Below, piece after piece: positions 19,680 to 30,091 of a DNA stretch of 64,000 bases. The DNA lies in assembly GCA_030065985.1 (NCBI GenBank), contig JASJCM010000012.1, positions 136 through 64,135 on the forward strand. Direction: 5' to 3'. Both the position numbers and the translations under genes were made by a program. This stretch comes from Woeseiaceae bacterium (GTDB lineage Bacteria > Pseudomonadota > Gammaproteobacteria > Steroidobacterales > Woeseiaceae). Under the pieces are notes generated by a model. It was not told the DNA's origin. It saw only the letters and a program-made list of their open reading frames with translations, and did not search any database. Every line of letters starts with the position of its first letter. Within the stretch, counting starts at the first letter, position 1.

Positions 19680-21205
19680 TGTGCGAAGCTCGGCAGCACG
19701 GACTCCGCGTAACGGCAGTACTCGCCGTTATCGATCGTCGCAGCAATCCGGCGAATGTCTGACGACAATGACCGGTCCTCTTCGTACGCCGGCGAAATCT
19801 CGCGAATGGCGGCCATCACGTCTTCAACAGGCGGCGAACTCCGCTTCGGGTGATGGAACTCGATACCCTGAGCTGCGGCCAGCAATTCGATCGCGACAAT
19901 GTCCGCGACATTGTCGAGCATCGTATGCAGGCGCCTGCTTGCGTAGGTTGCCATGCTGACGTGATCTTCCTGGTTGGCAGAGGTCGGCAGGCTGTCGACA
20001 CTGGCCGGATGCGCGTGCGATTTATTTTCTGATGCAAGTGCCGCGGCCGTGACCTGCGCCATCATGAAGCCGCTGTTCAGGCCGCCTTCCTTGACGAGGA
20101 AGGCAGGCAGGCCGCTGAGATGCTCATCGATCAGCAAGGCGATACGACGCTCTGACAGCGCTCCGATCTCAGCGATCGCGAGCGCAAGGTAGTCGGCCGC
20201 GAGTGCAACGGACTCCGCGTGGAAATTCCCGCCCGACAGAATCACCTTGGAGTCGGTGAACACAAGTGGGTTGTCCGTTACGGCATTTGCCTCTGTCTCG
20301 AGGACCTTGCAGACGTGCCGCAACACGTCGAGGCAAGCACCAATGACCTGCGGCTGGCAGCGAATTGAATAGGGATCCTGCACGCGATCACAGCCAACGT
20401 GCGACGCCCGGATACCGCTTTCGCGCATCAGGTCACGCAGCACAGCCGCAACCGCTATCTGGCCGCCGTGGCCGCGGACGCTCTGGATGCGCCGGTCGAA
20501 CGGCGTGTCGCTTCCCTTGACCGCATCCGACGACATGGCCCCCGCCATGAGCGCGGCTGAGAGCACGTTTTCAGTTCGGAACACGGCACCCAGTGCCAGC
20601 GCCGTAGACACCTGAGTGCCGTTCAACAGTGCGAGTCCTTCCTTGGGCGCCAGCCGGACGGGCTCGATTCCGGCTTCGCGCAGCGCGATTGGCGCGGGCA
20701 CGAGATTGCCGTTCACGCGAACCTCGCCGATCCCGATCAATGCCCCCGCCATATGCGCGAGAGGTGCGAGGTCGCCCGATGCACCAACCGAGCCGCGTGA
20801 AGGCACGCGCGGGTAAATGTTGGCGTTGATTAGCGCGCACAAGGTCTCGACGAGCTTCAGGCGCACGCCCGAGAATCCTTCGGCCAGCGCGATGACCTTC
20901 ATTAGCATGATCAGGCGCACGGTGTCATCGTCGAGGTCCTCGCCTACGCCGACCGCGTGCGAACGAACCAGGTTCTCCTGCAGATGTGCGAGTTCGTCGT
21001 CGCTGACACGCACCGTGGCGAGCTGGCCGAACCCGGTATTCACGCCGTACACCGTATCGCCATGAGCCACGACGTCGTCGACGAGTTCATGCGACTCCGC
21101 AATAGCTCGCTGGGCGTCCTCTCCGAGCATTACCGTGACCGGCTCGCGCCATACCTGGCGCAGCTCCTGCAGCGTTACCAACTGGTTATTGATCGTCAGA
21201 TTCAT
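19676..21205 (-). CDS. hutH: histidine ammonia-lyase
   Basis: Start trimmed to the ATG at 21205, 1 nt after the hutU stop. MIO-forming motif GSVGASGDLAPLAH. Confidence 0.93.
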   Translation of the reverse strand: MNLTINNQLVTLQELRQVWREPVTVMLGEDAQRAIAESHELVDDVVAHGDTVYGVNTGFGQLATVRVSDDELAHLQENLVRSHAVGVGEDLDDDTVRLIMLMKVIALAEGFSGVRLKLVETLCALINANIYPRVPSRGSVGASGDLAPLAHMAGALIGIGEVRVNGNLVPAPIALREAGIEPVRLAPKEGLALLNGTQVSTALALGAVFRTENVLSAALMAGAMSSDAVKGSDTPFDRRIQSVRGHGGQIAVAAVLRDLMRESGIRASHVGCDRVQDPYSIRCQPQVIGACLDVLRHVCKVLETEANAVTDNPLVFTDSKVILSGGNFHAESVALAADYLALAIAEIGALSERRIALLIDEHLSGLPAFLVKEGGLNSGFMMAQVTAAALASENKSHAHPASVDSLPTSANQEDHVSMATYASRRLHTMLDNVADIVAIELLAAAQGIEFHHPKRSSPPVEDVMAAIREISPAYEEDRSLSSDIRRIAATIDNGEYCRYAESVLPSFAQ

Positions 21206-21206
21206 A

Positions 21207-22859
21207 TCAGGACCCCACCATCGGCAGGTTGAGACCGTGTTCGCGCGCGCAGTCGATAGCGATGTCGTAGCCCGCATCGGCATGCCGCATTACGCCGCTG
21301 GCCGGATCGTTCCACAGGACTCGCGCGATGCGCCGGTCGGCCGCTTCGGTACCGTCGCAGACTATGACGAGCCCCGCATGCTGCGAATAACCCATGCCAA
21401 CACCGCCGCCATGGTGCAGCGACACCCACGTTGCGCCGCCAGCAGTACTCAGCAGTGCGTTGAGTAACGCCCAGTCGGACACGGCGTCACTGCCATCCTG
21501 CATCGACTCGGTTTCGCGGTTTGGGCTTGCAACCGAGCCACTGTCGAGGTGGTCGCGTCCGATGACGACCGGTGCTTTCAGTTCGCCGCTGCGTACCATT
21601 TCGTTGAATGCGAGACCGAGCTTGTCGCGCTGACCCAGGCCAACCCAGCAGATCCGCGACGGCAGGCCCTGGAAGTGGATGCGTTCCCGCGCCGCATCGA
21701 GCCACTGGTGCAGGTGTGCATCATCCGGAATCAGCTCCTTCACCTTGGCGTCGGTCTTATAGATGTCCTCCGGATCACCCGACAGTGCTGCCCAGCGGAA
21801 CGGACCAACGCCACGACAGAACAGCGGCCGAACATACGCGGGCACAAAGCCGGGGAAGTCGAACGCGTTCTCGACACCTTCGTCGAACGCGACCTGGCGA
21901 ATGTTGTTGCCGTAATCGAACGTCGGAATTCTCTGCGCCTGAAACTCAAGCATCGCCTTGACGTGCGTTGCCATCGACTTGGTCGCCTCGGCAACCACGG
22001 CGTCGGGGCTGGACTCGCGCTTCGCAATCCACTCCTCGACGGTCCAGCCGATCGGCAGGTAGCCGTTGGCCGGGTCATGTGCCGACGTCTGGTCGGTCAC
22101 CGCATCCGGCCGGACACCGCGCTCGATTAACTCAGGCAGCACCTCGGCGGCGTTCCCAAGCAGACCCACCGACACGGCGCGCTTGCTCGCGACGGCGTCG
22201 TCGATTATCGCGAGCGCATCATCGATCGTGTCGGCACGTCTGTCGAGATACCCGGTGTCGAGTCGCATCTGGATGCGATCAGCCTGGCACTCGACTGCGA
22301 GCATCGATGCGCCCGCCATCGTCGCAGCCAACGGCTGCGCCCCACCCATGCCGCCCAGGCCGGCCGTCAGGATCCACCGACCGGCAAGGTCGCCGTCGTA
22401 ATGCTGCCGACCCATTTCGGCAAAGGTCTCGTAGGTTCCCTGGACGATGCCCTGGCTGCCGATGTAGATCCATGAGCCCGCCGTCATCTGGCCGTACATC
22501 ATCAGACCTTTGCGATCGAGCTCGCGGAAGTGCTCCCAGTTTGCCCAGGCCGGCACCAGGTTCGAATTGGCAATCAGTACGCGTGGCGCGTCGGCATGCG
22601 TTTTGAATACGCCGACCGGTTTCCCCGACTGCACCAACAGCGTTTCGTCGTCATCGAGCGTCCGCAGCGTCTCGACGATCTTGTCGAAGCACTCCCAGTT
22701 GCGCGCCGCCTTGCCGATGCCGCCGTAGACGACGAGATCCTGTGGCCGCTCGGCGACCTGCGGATCGAGATTGTTCATCAGCATCCTGAGCGGCGCTTCG
22801 GTGAGCCAGCTCTTTGCCTGCAACTCGTTGCCCGTAGGGGCTTTGATCGTTCTGCTCAT
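21207..22859 (-). CDS. hutU: urocanate hydratase
   Basis: 550 aa. NAD-binding motif [14 protein letters not shown]. Urocanase-like along its full length. Confidence 0.93.
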   Translation of the reverse strand: MSRTIKAPTGNELQAKSWLTEAPLRMLMNNLDPQVAERPQDLVVYGGIGKAARNWECFDKIVETLRTLDDDETLLVQSGKPVGVFKTHADAPRVLIANSNLVPAWANWEHFRELDRKGLMMYGQMTAGSWIYIGSQGIVQGTYETFAEMGRQHYDGDLAGRWILTAGLGGMGGAQPLAATMAGASMLAVECQADRIQMRLDTGYLDRRADTIDDALAIIDDAVASKRAVSVGLLGNAAEVLPELIERGVRPDAVTDQTSAHDPANGYLPIGWTVEEWIAKRESSPDAVVAEATKSMATHVKAMLEFQAQRIPTFDYGNNIRQVAFDEGVENAFDFPGFVPAYVRPLFCRGVGPFRWAALSGDPEDIYKTDAKVKELIPDDAHLHQWLDAARERIHFQGLPSRICWVGLGQRDKLGLAFNEMVRSGELKAPVVIGRDHLDSGSVASPNRETESMQDGSDAVSDWALLNALLSTAGGATWVSLHHGGGVGMGYSQHAGLVIVCDGTEAADRRIARVLWNDPASGVMRHADAGYDIAIDCAREHGLNLPMVGS

Positions 22860-23620
22860 TGTTCCAACTGCTCCAGTTGCACGACGTCGGGCGACGTCGA
22901 GCGCGATGTTCCGGGTGGCGTGTAGTGGGCGGTCAGCTCGTACCGGCTGCCGGGGTGGTGCAGGCGCGAAAAGGTCACCGGTCGGCCCTGCGACCAGGTG
23001 CGACGAATCACGACGAGCGCCGGTTCGCCTTCGTCCATATGCAGACGTTGTTTAATCGCCGGATTTGGCATGGCGGCGCGGACGACCTGCTCCGCTTCCT
23101 GCAGCGGCGCCACGGCGGTCAGGTAAGCGCTTGGAGTGACCTGCTCAAAATCCTGCTCGAGGCAGTGCGGCGCGAAACTGGCCAGCACGTGACGGTCCTC
23201 GACTTGCACTGGCGCACCGTTCTCGTAATGCACAAGCATCAGGTGGAATACGTCGGTCCCCTGTTCGACGTGCAGCGCCTTCGCGACCTCGCCTCGCGCG
23301 TGCTGCCGCGACTGCCGAACCACGGTGCTGGTATGCGAGTGGCCGCGCCCGGCAATCTCGTCGGCGATGTTCTGCACCTCGAGGAGATGCGACTGCGAAC
23401 GGAAATCGGCAACGAACGTGCCGCGTCCCGCGATGCGTTCAACGTAGCCTTCATCGTGCAGCTCTCGCAATGCGCGGTTGGCCGTCATCCGCGACACCTG
23501 CATCGACTCGACGAGCTCGTTCTCCGAGGGCACGCGATCCGCCGGTTGCAACTCGCCGGTTGAGATCCGACCAATGATCAGGTCCTTGAGCTGCTGGTAG
23601 CGTGGCTTGCCCGTATTCAT
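22856..23620 (-). CDS. hutC: histidine utilisation repressor (GntR/HutC family)
   Basis: wHTH motif [25 protein letters not shown] plus a UTRA effector domain. ATGA overlaps on both sides, inside the hut operon. Confidence 0.88.
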   Translation of the reverse strand: MNTGKPRYQQLKDLIIGRISTGELQPADRVPSENELVESMQVSRMTANRALRELHDEGYVERIAGRGTFVADFRSQSHLLEVQNIADEIAGRGHSHTSTVVRQSRQHARGEVAKALHVEQGTDVFHLMLVHYENGAPVQVEDRHVLASFAPHCLEQDFEQVTPSAYLTAVAPLQEAEQVVRAAMPNPAIKQRLHMDEGEPALVVIRRTWSQGRPVTFSRLHHPGSRYELTAHYTPPGTSRSTSPDVVQLEQLEQ

Positions 23621-24969
23621 AAGCCAACCTGCTCGAGCGCCGCGATAAACGCGTCACGCGCGCGATCGCGGTCGACGTGGACCGCATCTTCGACGCACCA
23701 GTTGCCATCAACCATCACTCGTTCGATCGGCAGCGGGTAACCGGAGAACACGAGCGCGTCGAGACGGGAATCGTCATCGTGGCCGACAAGCATCGGGTCG
23801 TCACCGCCAAGCGCGACAAGATCTGCAGGTGCTCCGGCCACAATACCGACCACATCCTGCCCGCTGGCGCGCGCGCCACCTTCGAGCGCTCGCGCAAATA
23901 GCTCGCTGCCGACATGCCCTTCGCGCAGCGAGACGATATTGCGGGTCTGCGTCGCGAGACGTTGTCCGTATTCGAGCCAGCGAAGCTCTTCGAATGGATT
24001 GATCGAGATGTGGCTGTCCGAGCCAATAGCGATGCGCCCGCCACCAACGAGGAAGTCGTGCAGCGGAAACAGGCCATCGCCGAGATTTGCCTCGGTGCTG
24101 GGGCAAAGGACGACGACAGCGCCGCTCCGGGCCAGGGCCTCTGTCTCCTCGACATTCATGTGAGTGGCGTGCACGAGACTCCAGTTGGCATCGACAGAGA
24201 AGCTATCGAGCAGCCATTCGACCGGTCGCAGACCATAGGATGCGCGGCACTCGGCGACTTCACGCTGTTGTTCGGCGATGTGCAGATGAATCGGGAGACC
24301 GTCCTGCGACGCGACGTCGACGATGCGGTGCAATGACGAGGCACTGACAGCTCGCAGGCTGTGCGCGCCCACGCCGAGGTTGACCGATCCGGCGCAGCGC
24401 CGTGCAGCGCGCTCGACGTGTGCGAGGAAATCATCAACCGACATCGCGAAACTCGACTGTCGGCTGGTCGGCTCGGGATCCTCAAAGCCGGCGCGTTCGT
24501 AATGCACGGGCACGTAGGTCAGACGAATGCCGCTGTCGCGCGCGGCGCCAGTAATCGCGTCGAACATGGTATCGACAGCTTTGCTGTCGGTCGGATCGCG
24601 GTGCAGATAATGAAACTCCGCCACCGACGTGTAGCCCGAGCGGAGCATTTCGCAGTAGGCCTGGCGGGCAATCGCTTTTAATGCCTCGGCGCTGACACGG
24701 CCGGCCAGCTCGTACATCCGCTCGCGCCAGGTCCAGAAGTTGTCCCGCCCCTCCGGCGAACGCTGCTCGGTGTGCCCGGCAAGTGCGCGCTGAAATGCAT
24801 GGCTGTGTGCATTGCACAGGCCGGGAATGACGTAGCCAAGCTGCTCGTCAGCCGACTCCGGCTCAACGCCGGTCTCGACCTTCGCGATGCACCCGTCGTG
24901 AAGATGCAATCGAACGCGTTCGTTCCAACCATCGGGTAGCAAAGCTTTTTGGGCAAAGAGCGTCGTCAT
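23617..24969 (-). CDS. hutF: formimidoylglutamate deiminase
   Basis: Start trimmed to MTTLFAQKALLPDGW (ATG at 24969). Amidohydrolase HxH motif (CNAHSHAF). Confidence 0.85.
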   Translation of the reverse strand: MTTLFAQKALLPDGWNERVRLHLHDGCIAKVETGVEPESADEQLGYVIPGLCNAHSHAFQRALAGHTEQRSPEGRDNFWTWRERMYELAGRVSAEALKAIARQAYCEMLRSGYTSVAEFHYLHRDPTDSKAVDTMFDAITGAARDSGIRLTYVPVHYERAGFEDPEPTSRQSSFAMSVDDFLAHVERAARRCAGSVNLGVGAHSLRAVSASSLHRIVDVASQDGLPIHLHIAEQQREVAECRASYGLRPVEWLLDSFSVDANWSLVHATHMNVEETEALARSGAVVVLCPSTEANLGDGLFPLHDFLVGGGRIAIGSDSHISINPFEELRWLEYGQRLATQTRNIVSLREGHVGSELFARALEGGARASGQDVVGIVAGAPADLVALGGDDPMLVGHDDDSRLDALVFSGYPLPIERVMVDGNWCVEDAVHVDRDRARDAFIAALEQVGL

Positions 24970-24985
24970 TCGGGGCCTCTCAAGT

Positions 24986-24995
24986 TGTATATACA
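24986..24995. promoter_or_regulatory. putative HutC operator (perfect palindrome TGTATATACA)
   Basis: A perfect 10-bp palindrome centred in the 53-bp hutF/hutI divergent intergenic region. It fits the GntR/HutC-family GT..TA..AC operator pattern. Confidence 0.65.
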
Positions 24996-25022
24996 GGTTA
25001 GTGCATGATACGGTGCGATGCA

Positions 25023-26225
25023 ATGGACCTGCTACTGACCAACCTGCGTATCGCGACCATGGCCGGGCCCGATTACGGCGTTATCGAGAACGCCGCGATC
25101 GCGATCGAAGGTGGCAGGATTACCTGGTTGGGCCCGCTGGCCGATGTGCCCGATGTTGACGCGACTGAACGCAGATCCCTCGACGGCCGCTGGGTCACAC
25201 CAGCGCTGATTGACTGCCACACACACCTCGTTTTTGCCGGCGACCGCTCCGGCGAGTTTGAACAGCGGCTGCGCGGTGCGAGTTACGAAGACATCGCCCG
25301 TGCAGGCGGCGGCATCATGTCGACCGTCAAGGCAACGCGCGATGCATCGGCCGACGAGCTCTACTCCGCGGCTCTGCCTCGCGTCCTGGCCCTGCAGGCC
25401 GAGGGCGTCGGCACGATCGAGATCAAGTCCGGTTATGGGCTCAATATCGAGAGTGAGCTGAAAATGCTATCGGTCGCACGACAGCTCGGCGATGCGACCA
25501 GTGCGACGATCCGCACTACCCTGCTCGCCGCCCATACCGTGCCACCCGAGTTTGCCGACGATGCGGACGGCTATATCGACCTGATCTGCAACGAGTTACT
25601 GCCTGAAGTCGTGGCGGGTCGCCTGGCCGATGCCGTTGACGCGTACTGCGAGTCCATCGCGTTCTCCGCAGACCAGGTTGCCAGGGTTTTCGCACGCGCC
25701 GCGGAACTGGGCCTGCCGGTCAAGCTGCACGCCGACCAGCTCAGTGATAGCAGCGGCGCTGCGCTCGCCGCCGAGTTCGGCGCATTGTCAGCCGATCACC
25801 TCGAGTACGCGTCTGCCGATGGCATCAGGTCGATGGCCAGGGCCGGCGCAGTGGCCGTACTCCTCCCTGGCGCATTCCTTACGCTCGGCGAGACCCAGCT
25901 GCCGCCGATCGATGCGCTGCGAGCCGCGCGCGTGCCGATTGCGGTTGCGTCCGACTGCAACCCCGGGACATCGCCTATCTGCAGCATTCGCAACGCGATG
26001 ATGCTCGGTGCCCGACTCTTTCGCTTAACGCCCGAAGAATGTCTTGCAGGCGCCACGCGCGAGGCTGCCCGGGCACTGGGACTCGAGGATCGCGGCACCG
26101 TGGAGGTTGGCAAGCGCGCCGACCTCGCCGTTTGGGAGATCAGTCATCCACGAGAGCTGGCTTACTGGATCGGAACGCCGCAACTGGCGGAGTTAGTGAC
26201 AGGCGGGCACACTACGCCTCCCTAG
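25023..26225 (+). CDS. hutI: imidazolonepropionase
   Basis: Start trimmed to MDLLLTNLRIATM. Motifs DCHTHLVFAG and GGGIMSTVKATR. Confidence 0.92.
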   Translation: MDLLLTNLRIATMAGPDYGVIENAAIAIEGGRITWLGPLADVPDVDATERRSLDGRWVTPALIDCHTHLVFAGDRSGEFEQRLRGASYEDIARAGGGIMSTVKATRDASADELYSAALPRVLALQAEGVGTIEIKSGYGLNIESELKMLSVARQLGDATSATIRTTLLAAHTVPPEFADDADGYIDLICNELLPEVVAGRLADAVDAYCESIAFSADQVARVFARAAELGLPVKLHADQLSDSSGAALAAEFGALSADHLEYASADGIRSMARAGAVAVLLPGAFLTLGETQLPPIDALRAARVPIAVASDCNPGTSPICSIRNAMMLGARLFRLTPEECLAGATREAARALGLEDRGTVEVGKRADLAVWEISHPRELAYWIGTPQLAELVTGGHTTPP

Positions 26226-26244
26226 ATTCCGCGGCAGTGCCGTA

Positions 26245-27471
26245 TTGAACGCCGACCTCGCCCACCGTAAGAGCTTTGTCATCACGCTCGGTCTGCTAAC
26301 AGCCGTAGCGGCGCTGACCGTTGATCTTAGCTTGCCCGCTATTCCCGCGATGGTCGAGGCGCTCGACACGACGCTGCAGCGTGGCCAGAAGATTGTCGGT
26401 ATCTTCATGGTCGGCATGGCGTGCGGACAGATCCCGGCCGGTCTGTTCGCCGATCGGTACGGACGCCTGCCGACGCTCTACGTCGGCCTGGCGATATTCA
26501 CGATCTCGGCAACCGTGGCCGCCATGGCCAATGACATGGAGCTCCTGCTCGCAGCACGCTATGTGCAGGGCATAGGTGCCGCATCGACGATCGTGCTCTC
26601 CCGCGCCATCGTGCGCGACGTTGCGTCCGGCAAGGACGCTGCACGCCTGATGTCCCTCATGACGATGATCTTCACGGCGGCGCCAGTCGTCGCACCGACC
26701 TTCGGCGCGCTGCTTGTCGCCGCCTGGGACTGGCGCGCGCCGTTCATTGCCATCGCACTGTGTGGCTTTCTGATCGTTATCGGCGTGCGCGCCAATATCC
26801 CGGAGACGCACGAGCCACAAGTCAACGAACATCCAGTCCGCCAGCTGCTCTCGAGCGTGCGCGAGTTCTTCTCACACAGGCAGTCGATCTTCGGACTGCT
26901 GCTTATCGTCATGCCGCCGGCGGGCTATATGTCGATCATTGCCGTATCGGCGGCCCTGACCGTCGAGATCTACGGGTTTTCGATCCAGCAGTACGGCCTG
27001 ATCTTCGCCTGCGCCGGCATCTCGATCCTTCTTGGCTCGGCCGCTAATCGCTGGCTCGTCATGCGTTTTGACCAGCTGCAGCTGATCGGTGTGGGCGTCG
27101 GCCTCATCTTTGCTGCAAGCGCCCAGCTCACTGTCATCGCCTGGCTGAATACTGCTCCATTCTGGTGGGTCTGGTTCAGCGTCTGCCTCTTCATGTTCAC
27201 GATCGCGATCCTCATGTCGAACGCGACCGTGCTCGCGCTGGATCCGCTGCCGCGAATTGCCGGTGTCGCTTCATCCATTCTCGGCACACTGCAGAACATT
27301 ATGGCCGCGACCGGTGCGCTGATTGGCGCAATAATCTACGACGGGACCGTGCGTAACTCGGTGTTGATTATGGCGACTGTCGGGTTGCTCTCGACGGTCG
27401 TGTTCCTGCTGCGTCCACTGATCGCCCCCGGCGATCTCGTGCATCACCCGGACGAGCTCGCGCGGGACTGA
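26245..27471 (+). CDS. MFS transporter, Bcr/CflA family
   Basis: 408 aa with 12 TM helices. Motif GLFADRYGR (MFS motif A). N-terminus is Bcr/CflA-like. Lies 19 nt downstream of hutI. Confidence 0.8.
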   Translation: MNADLAHRKSFVITLGLLTAVAALTVDLSLPAIPAMVEALDTTLQRGQKIVGIFMVGMACGQIPAGLFADRYGRLPTLYVGLAIFTISATVAAMANDMELLLAARYVQGIGAASTIVLSRAIVRDVASGKDAARLMSLMTMIFTAAPVVAPTFGALLVAAWDWRAPFIAIALCGFLIVIGVRANIPETHEPQVNEHPVRQLLSSVREFFSHRQSIFGLLLIVMPPAGYMSIIAVSAALTVEIYGFSIQQYGLIFACAGISILLGSAANRWLVMRFDQLQLIGVGVGLIFAASAQLTVIAWLNTAPFWWVWFSVCLFMFTIAILMSNATVLALDPLPRIAGVASSILGTLQNIMAATGALIGAIIYDGTVRNSVLIMATVGLLSTVVFLLRPLIAPGDLVHHPDELARD

Positions 27472-27479
27472 CCGATACG

Positions 27480-28061
27480 CTAGGGAAGTTTCGTTAGTAC
27501 GTCGTCGACCGGCTGGCGCACCTGCGATGGGGTGATTTTCGGGTAGCCGAACCAGATCATGCCCACGACGAACTCTTTGGCCGGATCGGCACCGATAATC
27601 TCGAAGAGACCTTCGTCGCGCGTTATCGGACCCGACGTCCACTTCGAACCGATACCCGCCTTCCACAGATACAACATGAAATTCTGCACAGCGGCGCTAC
27701 ACGCAGCATAGTCCTCACGCTCACGCAGCTTGTCGTCATCGTAGCGGCATGTGACCACGAGCCAGCCCGGCTTCTCGCTCCAGGTCTTGCGCTTGTGCTC
27801 GCCCAGCTCCGGCCCTTTCTGGGCGCAAACAATCTCGGCGCACAGATCGATTACGCGACCAACCGTTTCCCTGCCGAGCAGAATGAAACGCCACGGTTCG
27901 GTCATGTAGTGATTCGGTGCCCAGGTGGCCACCTCGATGGCCTCGTGTACGAGATCTTCGGGCACCGGCGTCTGGATGTACTGGTCGATCGTGCGGCGCC
28001 CGCGCAGCACTCGTGCGAACTCTCTCAGCTCCTGCGTTTCGTAGCTCGGTGCTTTCTTCAC
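27480..28061 (-). CDS. nitroreductase family protein (YdjA-like)
   Basis: Start trimmed to the GTG at 28061, which forms a GTGA overlap with the upstream transporter's stop. Motifs RRTIDQY and APNHYMTEPWRF. Confidence 0.8.
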   Translation of the reverse strand: MKKAPSYETQELREFARVLRGRRTIDQYIQTPVPEDLVHEAIEVATWAPNHYMTEPWRFILLGRETVGRVIDLCAEIVCAQKGPELGEHKRKTWSEKPGWLVVTCRYDDDKLREREDYAACSAAVQNFMLYLWKAGIGSKWTSGPITRDEGLFEIIGADPAKEFVVGMIWFGYPKITPSQVRQPVDDVLTKLP

Positions 28062-29353
28062 CCGTCGCCGCCTTGATTGTATTTTCGGCCGAGCATTACA
28101 CCGACGGCCACCCAGATTGCTGCAATCACGGCACCGACTGCCGCGACCCCTGTCAGAGTGAGTCCGAAAGCGCCGACTATGCCCGTGTAGAACCACGCCG
28201 TCATGACATCACCGCCCCTGTAGACAACAGTATCGATCACAGGTTTCGCTTTGTATCGAGTTTCAGAGTCAACGAGCGTAAACAGCATTTCGCGGGCCGG
28301 GCGCGTGATCGCGTAGTTGCCTGCTCGACGAACAACTTGTACGACAAAGACAGTCAGCGCTGTCGGATTGACCGAGACTACTGTCCACGCCACAACCATA
28401 ATCGCCGGAACGAGAGCGAGGGTCCTCGGCATTCCCGCTTTTGTTGTAAGTCGACTCGTTGCGAATAATGCAGTCACCGCCGCGAGCACATTCACGGCAA
28501 GGTCGATATTCGCCCAGATCTGAGATCTGCGTACCTGATCCAGGTCGCCTAACGGCTTACGAATCTCGTAGTACAGGAACGTGCTCATCGTTACGTACAG
28601 CAGAATGAACACGCCAATCCAGAGCAGATACGGGCTGCCGACAAACTCCTTGAACCCTGAGAATGGGTTGGCGCCAAGTCGATCGTCTCGCACGAGATCT
28701 TTGGCTGTGTCCGGGTTCCCGAGAGCCGTCGAACGTAATTTATTGAGTGCCACCATGATCGGAAGTGGCGTGAGCAAGAGAACAGCGCTAACGAACAGCA
28801 TGTTCAGTGATCCGATGTTATCCGCAAACGCGCTAACAAAAGCCGGACCTGCGATTGCCCCGGTCGTGGCACCAACGGCGATGACACCGAACAGACGTTC
28901 GGCCTGGCGACTGTTGTACAGCCCGGACATGAAGGTCCAGAAGACGGACAGGTGGAACAGCCCGAATACACTTGTCCAGACATAGTAGATGCGGTTGACG
29001 ATGTCGTTCCCGCTCATCGTCGCGCCGGCTATATAGAATCCAATGAACGAGAACGCGAAGAATACGTAGACGCTCGGGACGATGAGATTGAAGCGGACTC
29101 GCGAGATGACCGCCCCGTAAATGCTCACTGCTACCGCACTGAAGAAGAACGTTGACGTCCACAACCAGCTCAGCTGCTCGTTGGTCCAATCGGATGACAA
29201 TGAGTCCCGGACCGGTCGCAGGATGTACCAGGCGCACATGACAAAAAACACCCAGAGGAACGACAGAACCGTCGCCCGGATCTCGTTCGCTTCTACATTG
29301 GCTGCAGACTTGAAGATGCGCTTCAGCGCGCCAGATTGTTCAGCGTCATCCAT
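28058..29353 (-). CDS. Npt1/TLC-like (ATP:ADP antiporter family-like) MFS-type transporter
   Basis: 431 aa with about 12 TM helices. N-terminal block LSFLWVFFVMCAWYILRPVRDSL resembles the Npt1/Npt2/TLC family from memory. Substrate unknown. Confidence 0.5.
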   Translation of the reverse strand: MDDAEQSGALKRIFKSAANVEANEIRATVLSFLWVFFVMCAWYILRPVRDSLSSDWTNEQLSWLWTSTFFFSAVAVSIYGAVISRVRFNLIVPSVYVFFAFSFIGFYIAGATMSGNDIVNRIYYVWTSVFGLFHLSVFWTFMSGLYNSRQAERLFGVIAVGATTGAIAGPAFVSAFADNIGSLNMLFVSAVLLLTPLPIMVALNKLRSTALGNPDTAKDLVRDDRLGANPFSGFKEFVGSPYLLWIGVFILLYVTMSTFLYYEIRKPLGDLDQVRRSQIWANIDLAVNVLAAVTALFATSRLTTKAGMPRTLALVPAIMVVAWTVVSVNPTALTVFVVQVVRRAGNYAITRPAREMLFTLVDSETRYKAKPVIDTVVYRGGDVMTAWFYTGIVGAFGLTLTGVAAVGAVIAAIWVAVGVMLGRKYNQGGDG

Positions 29354-29409
29354 CGGTAGCTCCGGGTCCGCACCTCAAATGAGAGCCAGAAGCCTACCAT
29401 CTGCGGGAC

Positions 29410-30084
29410 TTAGTCTGCAGCCGCCATCCGCTTCGCGACCGCGAGCAGCTCGTCAGCCGGCAGACGCGTCTTGTACTCGGGGTTCACGTAGCTGAATGCG
29501 ATCGAGCCGCCGGAGTCAACGGCGAAAACGGCCGGCACGGGCAGCACGCCATGGCGTTCCATAGACGACCCGCGGTATCCGTCGCCCTTCTTCTTTACGT
29601 AGTCGACAGTGCGCTGCCCGGACTTGAAAGCGATGCCAAGCGCAATTGCTGCCTGAGCGTCAGCGTCCGACAGGATTGTATAGTCGAGCCCTTCTATATC
29701 TTCGCGGGCCTGGTTCTCGAGACTCTCGTAGAGCAGCTCCGGGCGGTCGCCGCTGAGGAACAGAACATCGATGCCGAGTTCGCTGATTTCCGGGACCACG
29801 TGCCGCATGTCAGACAGATAGACGTTGCAGTAAGGGCACCAACCACCGCGGAACACGATAATCAGAGCGGGCTTGTCGAGCTCTTGCGGATTGAAGTCGA
29901 AGGGCTGCCCCTCGACGTTGCGCACGATGAACCGAGGAGCCGGGTCACCTGCGACAAGCGGCTGAATGTCGTCAGCGGTGGCTGCGACAGGCACATCGGC
30001 GTGGCCCTGGCGAATCGCATGACTGCATACGAGACTGAAGGCCATGACGGCAGCCAGTATGGCGGGAATAAGTGAACGGGGCAT
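29410..30084 (-). CDS. exported thioredoxin-fold / peroxiredoxin-like (AhpC/TSA) protein
   Basis: Signal peptide. Redox motif GGWCPYCN. Confidence 0.75.
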   Translation of the reverse strand: MPRSLIPAILAAVMAFSLVCSHAIRQGHADVPVAATADDIQPLVAGDPAPRFIVRNVEGQPFDFNPQELDKPALIIVFRGGWCPYCNVYLSDMRHVVPEISELGIDVLFLSGDRPELLYESLENQAREDIEGLDYTILSDADAQAAIALGIAFKSGQRTVDYVKKKGDGYRGSSMERHGVLPVPAVFAVDSGGSIAFSYVNPEYKTRLPADELLAVAKRMAAAD

Positions 30085-30091
30085 ATTGGTG

